From a virus (Duplodnaviria > Caudoviricetes): a DNA stretch of 64,000 nucleotides. Shown here in pieces: positions 56,454-64,000 of the stretch (within the stretch, counting starts at the first letter, position 1; each line of letters opens with the position of its first letter). A program made the translations under genes and the position numbers. The stretch spans positions 39,980 to 103,979 of the IMG/VR virus record IMGVR_UViG_3300044840_000108. One strand, written 5' to 3'. The notes beneath the pieces are model-generated. The model saw only the letters and a list, made by a program, of their open reading frames with translations, searched no databases and was not told where the DNA came from.

Positions 56454-58283
56454 TTAGCGGAGGTTTTCGCGGCTGCCCAGGACGTGCTGTTGCAGCGTGG
56501 GCGACACGAACTGCCTGCGTTCCGCATCGGTGTACTTGTGCAACGGCTTCTGCGGCCAGTCCGCCGGGACACCCTGGTCGGTCAGGTCCGTCTCAGGGTC
56601 GACTGCGGACGTTTCGGCGACCGGCCGCACCAGGCCCTTGCGGGCCGGGCCACCGGTGGTCTGTACCGCCTCGATCACCGCGGCTGGCAGGGCGGCCTTC
56701 ACACCTTCGCCGACCAGGCGGGCGATCATCTGTTCCTGGGTTTCGGCGACCGGCTCGGGCGGCGTGGGTGCGGTTTCCGCCGGGACGCCAGCGGCGACGG
56801 GCTGGCGCAGGTTGTCGAGCAGCGCCTGGAACTGGGCATCGCTCAGGTGCACGCCGCTGGGTGCGGCCGGCTCCGCTGGGGTTGCCGGCGGGGTGGTGGG
56901 TGCGGCTGGTGCCGGCGTGGCCGGTTCGGCGGGTTGGGTGGGTGCGGCCGGGGTTTGCGGCTCGACCGCCGGGGTGGTGGGCTCGGACACGTCCGACTCC
57001 TCCTCTGGGGTATGGTCGGCGGCCAGTCCGGGCGCCGGTAGATCGGAAATGGTGGGGTCAGCAGACGACCCCGGAGGCGATTCACGCACGAGGCGCTGGA
57101 CTCCGCGCGCGACTACCTCAGCGAGGTCGTTGCCGTGGACCGATCCGCCAACACTGACCGACACGACGGATTCCATGCTGTCGTCGGCGGACTCGGCGTC
57201 GCCCGGCGCGTCGACGTCGCCATCCAGGTCCGGGTCAAGGCCAGTGATCGCAGCCACCGCGCCAGCCATCGCCGCATGGCCCACGATCTCTAGGTCGGCG
57301 GGGTCGACACCGTAGGACGACACGGAGACGGTGGTAGGGCCGTTGGTCATGGAGATTCGGAACGACCCGCCCGACGATGATCTGCCGTCGTCGTAGTCCT
57401 CGTGGACCGGCGCGGTTTCAGTGACAGCCGTGACCGGGTCAATCAGCCAGCCTTCGGCGGCGACCTTCACCCCGAACTTCGTGAGAGCGGCCTTGATGCG
57501 GCCCTTGATGCGCTTGAGTTGCGCGGCCGTGTAGTTCTTGGCGTTCTTGGCCTGGTTTATGTACGACCAGGCCGCCCGGGCTTGGCTCCGGGTATCGAGG
57601 GCGTAACGGGGGGCCTTGTCGTCCTGGTAGCCAGGGTCGGCATAGGACTTGGCCTTGGTCGGGGCGGCAGCCGGCTTGCCAGACTTCAGCGAGGGCGCGC
57701 CCTTCTCTTCGACCTCGGCAGGTTCGGGCATGTCGACAAGCGCCTCCTGCACAGACTCGAAGATCAGGACCCGGCTGGTGTCGGTTTCTCGGGAACCGAC
57801 GCCGCCGAGCCGCTCCACCCGGTCGACTGTCGCGCCGGGCACGCCGGGGCGCTGGGTGTAGTCCAATCCGTCAAGATCTAAATCGTCTCCGGTCTCCGCC
57901 ATCCTGCCTTCGTGCATGACCTGCCGGACCTTCCCCAACCAGGCACCACGGATCGACACGCCCCGCAGGAACGGGGGCTGGTTGTCGCTGGTGTCGATCA
58001 GATTGAGGATGTTGTGTCCGGCCGGGGTGTCCGCGAGTTCGGCGGTGTAGCGAGCCGATCCGTCTTCAGCAACTGTCATCGACGTGAGCCGGCCGACGAT
58101 GGCGGTGGAGTCGTCTTCGGCGGCGTGGTGGGTGCGCTGCACCAACGGCAAGTCCCCGGCCGTGATCCGCGGCTGCGCCCGGCCGACAGCCGACCGGATG
58201 TGTTCGGCGGTGTACAGGCGCCCGTTGCGGGACACGCCGGGGGTGATGGCGGTGCCGTGCACGACAGCAATAGATCGGGCCAA
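56454..58283 (-). CDS. Prohead protease-scaffold fusion with internal DUF6582-like domain
   Basis: GVSRNGRLY...HH...VG...GVSIRG...DYTQRPGV; RYALDT..QARAAWSYIN...IKGRIKAA. Confidence 0.85.
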   Translation of the reverse strand: MARSIAVVHGTAITPGVSRNGRLYTAEHIRSAVGRAQPRITAGDLPLVQRTHHAAEDDSTAIVGRLTSMTVAEDGSARYTAELADTPAGHNILNLIDTSDNQPPFLRGVSIRGAWLGKVRQVMHEGRMAETGDDLDLDGLDYTQRPGVPGATVDRVERLGGVGSRETDTSRVLIFESVQEALVDMPEPAEVEEKGAPSLKSGKPAAAPTKAKSYADPGYQDDKAPRYALDTRSQARAAWSYINQAKNAKNYTAAQLKRIKGRIKAALTKFGVKVAAEGWLIDPVTAVTETAPVHEDYDDGRSSSGGSFRISMTNGPTTVSVSSYGVDPADLEIVGHAAMAGAVAAITGLDPDLDGDVDAPGDAESADDSMESVVSVSVGGSVHGNDLAEVVARGVQRLVRESPPGSSADPTISDLPAPGLAADHTPEEESDVSEPTTPAVEPQTPAAPTQPAEPATPAPAAPTTPPATPAEPAAPSGVHLSDAQFQALLDNLRQPVAAGVPAETAPTPPEPVAETQEQMIARLVGEGVKAALPAAVIEAVQTTGGPARKGLVRPVAETSAVDPETDLTDQGVPADWPQKPLHKYTDAERRQFVSPTLQQHVLGSRENLR

Positions 58284-58334
58284 GACGCACCCCCGCTTCC
58301 GTTTTGCTTGCCACAGAACGGGACGGGCAGGGGA

Positions 58335-58865
58335 TCAGATGTAGGAGATGGTCATGCCGGGCGAGTTCGCGCCGCCGTTGACGGTAATCCCCAGTGCCGC
58401 CGGCATATTCACGTCGATCATCGTGCCGACCGTGGTGTTGTTCGGTACGACCACCAGGATCGTGCCGGTGTGCCCCGACGCGTTGTCGTAGATCGGGGTG
58501 GTGCCGGTTGTGGTGCCGGCGGCGGCAGTGACGGAGATCCGTGCGAGCCGTCCCGCCGACGCCTTGATCACGGTGTCAGAGTTGGTGCCTGACGCGACCG
58601 CCGCAGTTGTCTTGCCGCCAGCACTGGTGAAAGCCACCCCGCCAGCACCCTGGGGCAGGTCGAATGTGGCGCCGTTGTAGATCTGTGCGGCCACCGGGAT
58701 GACGTTGCCGGCGGCGAGCGCGTTCGCCGGGTCAGCCTGGCCCGCCACGACCAGGGCGGTGAACTGGGGGGAGGCAGACACGCCGGTGCTGGTGCGGCCG
58801 GTGGCGGTCGTCGCGACCGCGACACCGTTGTCGTCGTACAGGGTGCCGATCACGTTCTTGGCCAC
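58335..58865 (-). CDS. Putative head decoration protein (paralog of 59136-59492)
   Basis: VIKASAGRL...MPAALGITV.G.A..P.MTISY. Confidence 0.65.
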   Translation of the reverse strand: MAKNVIGTLYDDNGVAVATTATGRTSTGVSASPQFTALVVAGQADPANALAAGNVIPVAAQIYNGATFDLPQGAGGVAFTSAGGKTTAAVASGTNSDTVIKASAGRLARISVTAAAGTTTGTTPIYDNASGHTGTILVVVPNNTTVGTMIDVNMPAALGITVNGGANSPGMTISYI

Positions 58866-58907
58866 GATGAGACGCCTTTCAGAAGCGGTGAAGGGGTGGG
58901 CGCGGGG

Positions 58908-59123
58908 TTATTGGCCGCGGCGGTGTGGTTGCGCCCGCGCGGGCGCGGACACCGAAGGTTTCCGACTGGCCCACACGTCGCGGCGAAACTGCTCGGCGGC
59001 GACCGCATCCGCGAGGGCGGCACGCACCTCGGAGATCTGTAGGGCGTCGATCAACATGGCGCAAAATTCGGCGAGGATGTCTTCGTCCCCGTCGGGGGCG
59101 GCCAGCCGGCGCGGCTTCATCAC
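58908..59123 (-). CDS. Small hypothetical protein
   Basis: ORF in late operon. Confidence 0.5.
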   Translation of the reverse strand: MMKPRRLAAPDGDEDILAEFCAMLIDALQISEVRAALADAVAAEQFRRDVWASRKPSVSAPARAQPHRRGQ

Positions 59124-59135
59124 AACGACCCCCGG

Positions 59136-59492
59136 CTAGTAGTAGGAGATGGTCATGGCCGGGTTGGTGGCGGCCCCACCGACGGTGATGCCGTTCGCGG
59201 CGGGCATCCCAAAGTCCACGGCAGTTCCCGCGGCGGCGGAGGCGGCGATGTAGCCGAGCACCGTCCCGGAGCTGGTGGTGGCGCTGTCGAAAATGGCCAC
59301 CGCGGCGGCACCGTTCGCGGTGGTCAGCAGCACCCGGCCCAACCGGCCCGCACTGGCCTTGACCACTGTGTTCGCGGCGGTGCCGGCCGCGACCGTGGCG
59401 GTGGTGGTACCGGCTCCGGATGGCAGCGGGTTGCCGCCGCTGATGGGGACACCGTTGTTGTCGACCAGTGTCACGACGGGGTTGTAGGACAT
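59136..59492 (-). CDS. Putative head decoration protein (paralog of 58335-58865)
   Basis: VVKASAGRL...MPAANGITVGG...PAMTISYY. Confidence 0.65.
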   Translation of the reverse strand: MSYNPVVTLVDNNGVPISGGNPLPSGAGTTTATVAAGTAANTVVKASAGRLGRVLLTTANGAAAVAIFDSATTSSGTVLGYIAASAAAGTAVDFGMPAANGITVGGAATNPAMTISYY

Positions 59493-59493
59493 G

Positions 59494-60510
59494 TCAGCCC
59501 CCGATCAGGTAGCGGCCGAAGGCGCGCAACGAGGCAACCGGTCCGGCCGGGACGAGTTGACAGCGGCACGAGGGGTGACGGGGTGGTTGTGGCGCACCGA
59601 ACACGACGTACGGGCCACCGGATTCCAGCGACAAACAGGCAGAGCACACTTTCGCCCCGCCGACCGTGACCCAGTCGACGGTGGCGACGGCCAGGGCCCC
59701 GTACACGGCGAGCGCACCCAGCGTGAACGCGTGCCCCAGTGCCCAGTCGGTTAGCAGTGCGACGGCGGCGATGTGCCGACCGGTGCCGGATGAGCGGGTT
59801 TCGTCAGCCATCTGCGCACTGGTGGCGCCGTCGCCGGCCAGGCGGTGCAGGCGTCGCCCCAGGTCGCGGGACACCGCGCCCACCATCTGCCCCAGCCACC
59901 CCAGTGCATGACCTTGGTACTGCTGGTCGCTGGCCGCCGAGGTGGCCGCGTCCCGGAACGCGGCGTCGAAGTCGATGGCGCTGACACCGGCCTGTTGGGC
60001 GGCGATTGCGATCCCCCCGGCGGTGCCTTCGGCGACACCGTCCCGCACTGCGCGTTCGATCGCGTCCAGCAGTGCCTGATACTTCGGTCCGCGGGCCCGG
60101 CCGAACAGCGTGGTGAGCGCGGCCAGCACAATCGCGATGACGGAGGCTTCCCGGTCGCGGTGCTGCTGGGTGTCGTCGCTGGTGGCCTCAGCGACCCCTA
60201 CGGCTCGCCGAACCGCGGCGACCAGGGCCGGCACGTCCAGTTCAGCGGCCAGGTAGTCGTGCCACGCCGCGCGGACTGCCTTGTCGTGCCGGGTGTACAG
60301 CACGTCCCGGCGCGCGTAGATCGCGGCCCACATGCCCTCAAGTGCGCCGAGCCGCATCGTGGCCTCAAGCAACCCCGGCTCGTCCGCGTTGGCCAGCGCG
60401 AGGTGTTGCGCGGCCGTGGCAGCAGCCTTGACGCGCTCGGTTAACGGGCCCCCGCTGGCAGCCCAGCCGGTAGCGAACGCGGTTCGCGCGGTTTCAGCGA
60501 GGGACGGCAT
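59494..60510 (-). CDS. Minor head protein (Mu gpF / SPP1 gp7-like)
   Basis: W......VCSAC...GPY.......PRHPSCRC. Confidence 0.85.
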   Translation of the reverse strand: MPSLAETARTAFATGWAASGGPLTERVKAAATAAQHLALANADEPGLLEATMRLGALEGMWAAIYARRDVLYTRHDKAVRAAWHDYLAAELDVPALVAAVRRAVGVAEATSDDTQQHRDREASVIAIVLAALTTLFGRARGPKYQALLDAIERAVRDGVAEGTAGGIAIAAQQAGVSAIDFDAAFRDAATSAASDQQYQGHALGWLGQMVGAVSRDLGRRLHRLAGDGATSAQMADETRSSGTGRHIAAVALLTDWALGHAFTLGALAVYGALAVATVDWVTVGGAKVCSACLSLESGGPYVVFGAPQPPRHPSCRCQLVPAGPVASLRAFGRYLIGG

Positions 60511-60841
60511 GGCCCGCCCCCCAGTCTGCTAGGGTGGCCGTGTATCCATGGTTCCTTTCAGGGTGCTGATCCCACCACAACAGGTCAGCAACCCAATCGG
60601 TGGCCTCCCGGCCTTCCTGCGGGAGGCCACTGGTTTGTCCGCTAGTGGCTAGTCAGCCAATCTCCTTTGAGATCAGCGGCTGCACGTCTTTCGCCCGCAA
60701 CGGCCGGTTCGGCAGCGTGTCAGGTTCCAGCGCGGGCGTGGTGTCGGGCGGTAGGTCTGGTGACGGCATGGAACACCTCCCGCAGCGTTACTCGACACGC
60801 CCTGGTCGACGGCGCTTGATTCGCCGCCACTGGTGGTACAC

Positions 60842-61417
60842 ATGCACATGCCTACCTTGACACCACGTGATGATCGTTCCCCTCGGCGAGCCCAAACCCT
60901 GACGTGGATCGCACACCATGCGCCTATCGTATTCTTGGCTGTGGGTGCACAATTCGCGGTAATCGCGACATTCACCCGTTACAGTGCGGTCGTGATCGGC
61001 GTCTTCTTGCTGGGCGCGCCAGTCATCGGCGCGCACTTTTATGCGCAATGGTGGCACAGGAACAAGATGTGTGAGCGGTGCATGGAAAAGGTACCGCTTG
61101 ATCCGGCAACCCGCGCGAAGCAGAGAGCGCGTACCCTCCGGCACGCCCACAGGGTCAGCACGAAGCGCTGGCAGTGGTCCTACAGCGCGCCCCTCTGGCT
61201 GGGTGTAGTTGGCAGCATGGCGTTCAACTGGAGATCACCTATCGAGTTGTATGTCGCTGTCGCGTGGGTCCTTCTCGGGTCCACGGTCCAGTCCTATGTC
61301 GTGCAGATTCACAAGCCGCTGCAACTGTGGTGTCCGCAATGCAGGGGAGACCACGGCGACGACCACGAGGTGAACCCTGAGCCAGTCACACCGAGCGGGG
61401 TCGAAACGTCCGCGTAG
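60842..61417 (+). CDS. Moron: four-TM membrane protein with Cys motifs, antisense to the late operon
   Basis: Lower GC3; H..MCERC and H..LQLWCPQC motifs. Confidence 0.75.
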   Translation: MHMPTLTPRDDRSPRRAQTLTWIAHHAPIVFLAVGAQFAVIATFTRYSAVVIGVFLLGAPVIGAHFYAQWWHRNKMCERCMEKVPLDPATRAKQRARTLRHAHRVSTKRWQWSYSAPLWLGVVGSMAFNWRSPIELYVAVAWVLLGSTVQSYVVQIHKPLQLWCPQCRGDHGDDHEVNPEPVTPSGVETSA

Positions 61418-61428
61418 TGCAGTTAGTT

Positions 61429-61476
61429 CGAAACTGAAGCGGGGCTCCTGCCTACGGGAGTCCCGCTTCAGTTTCG
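61429..61476. terminator. Bidirectional hairpin between moron and portal
   Basis: CGAAACTGAAGCGGG...CCCGCTTCAGTTTCG. Confidence 0.75.
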
Positions 61477-61497
61477 CGTGGGGGTGATGGCGGTAGG

Positions 61498-63108
61498 TCA
61501 GGCAGCGTCGGTTCCGACATACGGCAGCTCCCGGAGCGCCTCGGCGAGCCGGTCCCGGTAGGCGCGCTGCCACGTCTCGGTGAGACTGCCCGGCGCCTCC
61601 GGCCAGGACTCCTTGCTTGCCGCCGGGTCCTCGGCCTGCGGATCGTGTCCCGGCTCGGGTGGCGGGGACGTTCCCGCGAACGGCGCCAGGGCAGTCGGTA
61701 CGGGGGCTAGCTCGGGCTTCTCCAGCGTGACGGGCGCCCCTGCGGCCGGCTCGCCCGGCTCCAGCGCGGTGCCCTTCAGTTTGAAGGCGACCCCGGCGGT
61801 GCTGAACGCTTCCATGTCGCGCCACAGCACCAGGTTCTGCCGGTCGACCAGCACGGCGGCGTCTCCACCGTCGGTGGGGGGTTCGCCGATCTCGGTGCGG
61901 TACCGGTTGAGTGTCCAGGACCCGTTGCGTAGCCGGGTGTCGCGGATGGCTTCGATGACTTGACTGTCCCGCATGTCGACTTCGCCGAACTTGAGGCGCC
62001 AGCCAGCGATACCGAACCCTATTTTGACGATGAAGAAGTTAATCTTCTCCAGCACGAGTTCGGCGATCGGCTGGCACGTGTTGATCTTGAACATCTTATG
62101 CTGGGCTTCGCCGGTGCCGCCACCAAGGTTGCCGGACTCGATCACCGTGGCCTCAGCCGGCGGCACACCGTAAGCAGCCAGGATCATGTCCCGGGACTGG
62201 TCCAGGGTCGACAGGTACTCCGCGATCCGGCCCGGCTGCAACTCGGTGACCTTCGCGCCACCCTTGGTCAGGATCGGCACGCCGATGTTGCGGGGCCCAA
62301 GGTTCCGGACGGAATGCTGCGCCAACCAACGATTCTGTTCACCGGTCGACATCCCGGCCGGCATGTCCGCCCACAAGTTCGGCGGATTGCCCTTCCGGAA
62401 CGTTTCCTTCACCGTGGCGGCGCAAAACAGCCACGTTGTGATCGGCAACAGCGCGGCCTGGGTGGGGGACACACCCAGCACCCCAGACCGCGGCGCATCC
62501 AAGGACAGGTGGATCACTTCGCGGGGCTCGAACTCGGCGCGCTGCCCCATGTCGGTGACCTGCACGTACCCGGTGACGGTGCCGTGTTCGTCCGCGATCG
62601 GCGTGGTGGACGGGCAGTCCAGCGTGTACAGCGCCACCGGCACGGAGCCGACCCACACGACCTCGATGAACGCGTCGCCGAAAACCAGCAGGTCGCTGAT
62701 GGTGGAGCGGAGCAGTTGCCGAATGTCCTCGCGCGGGTTGATGTACGTCAGCAGCCGTTCCAGCGCGAGCACTTCGGGTGGCTTGTCGGGCTGGGCCTGG
62801 TCGCCTTCCCCGTCGTCGCTGTCCCAGTCTGTGACCAGGCCACCGGCGGTGACGGTGCGGGCGATGGCGTTGACGCACGCCCACGCCCACGGGCAACTCA
62901 AATACGACTCGTACAGCTCCTGCATTGCCGACCGGCGGTCAGTCTGGGTACTCGCCCCGACACCCGTGTTGTACTCGTTGAGCCCTTCGCGCGGGATGCC
63001 GTACTCGAACCCGGCCCGTTCCGGGGTCTTCGGGATCGCGGACGCGGTCTCCCAGATCGGATCGGCGGGCCGGGCGAACAGCCAGTCGGTGAAGGCGCCC
63101 ACAAGCAC
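61498..63108 (-). CDS. Portal protein (HK97-type)
   Basis: AWACVNAIA; DLLVFGDAFIE; EVIHL...GVSPTQAA; ILAAYGVPP; TLNRYR..IGEPP..GGD. Confidence 0.95.
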   Translation of the reverse strand: MLVGAFTDWLFARPADPIWETASAIPKTPERAGFEYGIPREGLNEYNTGVGASTQTDRRSAMQELYESYLSCPWAWACVNAIARTVTAGGLVTDWDSDDGEGDQAQPDKPPEVLALERLLTYINPREDIRQLLRSTISDLLVFGDAFIEVVWVGSVPVALYTLDCPSTTPIADEHGTVTGYVQVTDMGQRAEFEPREVIHLSLDAPRSGVLGVSPTQAALLPITTWLFCAATVKETFRKGNPPNLWADMPAGMSTGEQNRWLAQHSVRNLGPRNIGVPILTKGGAKVTELQPGRIAEYLSTLDQSRDMILAAYGVPPAEATVIESGNLGGGTGEAQHKMFKINTCQPIAELVLEKINFFIVKIGFGIAGWRLKFGEVDMRDSQVIEAIRDTRLRNGSWTLNRYRTEIGEPPTDGGDAAVLVDRQNLVLWRDMEAFSTAGVAFKLKGTALEPGEPAAGAPVTLEKPELAPVPTALAPFAGTSPPPEPGHDPQAEDPAASKESWPEAPGSLTETWQRAYRDRLAEALRELPYVGTDAA

Positions 63109-63157
63109 CCCCGCCAGCGGTTCTCACATCTAGATAAGCTGCCCTACATGATCGATC

Positions 63158-63216
63158 CGCTGTTCGGCCTCGGGTTGTTCTACAGCGACTGGCTCGGGTA
63201 CGGCGGCGGGGGTTGA
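63158..63216 (+). pseudogene. mraY: 3'-terminal fragment of mraY
   Basis: LFGLGLFYSDWLGYGGG* matches the actinobacterial MraY C-terminus and directly precedes murD. Confidence 0.75.
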
Positions 63217-63217
63217 C

Positions 63218-64000
63218 GTGACCTTCCGTCAGCGGCTGGCCGGCGCGCACGTCCTGGTCACCGGGGCCGGGGTGACCGGGCCGCCGGTGGCCAAGGCGCT
63301 GCTGGCGCTGGGTGCCGTGGTCACCGTGACCGACGCCGACGCCGGCCGGCTGCGTTCGGTCGCCCAGTCGTTGCCGGGCCTGCATGCCGTGCACGACCTG
63401 CGGACGCCGCCGCCGGACACCGCGCTGGTGGTGACCGCACCGGGCTGGCGGCCGGACGCGCCGGTGCTGGCCGCCGCGGCACGTGCCGGCGTCGAGGTGA
63501 TCGGCGACGTCGAGCTGGCCTGGCGGCTGTGTGCCGAGCAGGCCGAGCCGCCGGTCTGGCTGGCCGTCACCGGCACCAACGGCAAGACCACCACGGTCGC
63601 CATGCTGACCGCGATCCTGCGCGCGGCCGGCGTCAACGCCGTGGCCTGCGGGAACATCGGCCTGCCGGTGGTGGAGGCGGTGGCCGCCGGCTACCCGGTG
63701 CTGGCCGTCGAGCTGTCCAGCTTCCAGCTCCACTGGGCGCCGTCGGTGCGGCCCGCGGCCGGCGTGCTGCTCAACCTCGCCGAGGACCACCTGGACTGGC
63801 ACGGCGACATGGACGCCTACGCGGCCGCCAAGGCCAGGGTGCTCACCGGTGACGTGGCCATCGCCGGCGTGGACGACGAGGTCGTCGCGGCCCTGCTGGC
63901 CGAATCCCCGGCGAAACGGCGGATCGGCATCCGGTCGGGCGCGCCCGGTCCCGGTGAGTTCGGTGTCGTCGACGACACGCTGGTCGACCGGGTGTTCGCC
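63218..64000 (+). CDS. murD: UDP-N-acetylmuramoyl-L-alanine:D-glutamate ligase (partial, host)
   Basis: VLVTGAGVTG; LAVTGTNGKTTT; GNIG; VELSSFQL; LNLAEDHLDWHG. Confidence 0.96.
   Translation, partial: MTFRQRLAGAHVLVTGAGVTGPPVAKALLALGAVVTVTDADAGRLRSVAQSLPGLHAVHDLRTPPPDTALVVTAPGWRPDAPVLAAAARAGVEVIGDVELAWRLCAEQAEPPVWLAVTGTNGKTTTVAMLTAILRAAGVNAVACGNIGLPVVEAVAAGYPVLAVELSSFQLHWAPSVRPAAGVLLNLAEDHLDWHGDMDAYAAAKARVLTGDVAIAGVDDEVVAALLAESPAKRRIGIRSGAPGPGEFGVVDDTLVDRVFA

Larger units (their letters stand above)
1..63150. mobile_element. Actinobacterial temperate siphovirus-like prophage / phage-plasmid with TraB conjugation module (left end outside window)
   Basis: Portal, protease, capsid, tail tube, tape measure, lysin, replication initiator, DnaB, RusA, WhiB and TraB in phage-like operons; host murD begins at 63218. 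Confidence 0.93.

Noticed and set aside
63150-63157. GATCGATC as a Sau3AI/Hi-C ligation scar
   Set aside because: The MraY match appears to start after it and it cannot be tested without reads; kept only as a caveat to the junction finding
1-64000. tRNA, rRNA, reverse transcriptase/DGR, integrase, transposase, terminase
   Set aside because: No recognisable motifs found by eye; they may lie outside the window

Overview
Positions ~1-63150 are most of the genome of a high-GC actinobacterial temperate siphovirus-like element. It ends abruptly just upstream of the portal gene, where it joins a ~55-bp 3' remnant of host mraY followed by murD. No terminase or integrase is visible in the window. Layout: (1) 1-14.9 kb, small early/accessory genes (HNH, XRE HTH, RusA, Sak4/AAA-like ATPase, ParB-like protein, orphan UTRA protein). 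(2) 14.9-18.5 kb, a lambda-O-like replication module: HTH initiator with internal iterons and a perfect DnaA box, plus a host-like DnaB. (3) 18.7-31.3 kb, an actinomycete ICE/plasmid-type transfer module: GNAT and GntR/Kor repressor divergent from MazG, WhiB, an SpdB/DUF2637-like spread protein with embedded 8-mer repeats, membrane proteins, a TraB FtsK-type translocase and a lytic transglycosylase. (4) 33.4-63.1 kb, minus-strand late genes: portal, minor head, protease/scaffold, capsid, connectors, tail, lysis and receptor-binding genes. Most notable: apparent dual transmission (virion plus TraB conjugation) with clt-like repeats; a 202-aa acid-free NUMOD3-repeat protein among the head-tail connector genes; a circularly permuted GH5 in the tail-fibre cassette; a repeated non-canonical promoter with a 47-bp identical inverted copy bracketing the replication/transfer region; and the unexplained mraY junction. 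All calls come from reading motifs by eye; no searches were run.
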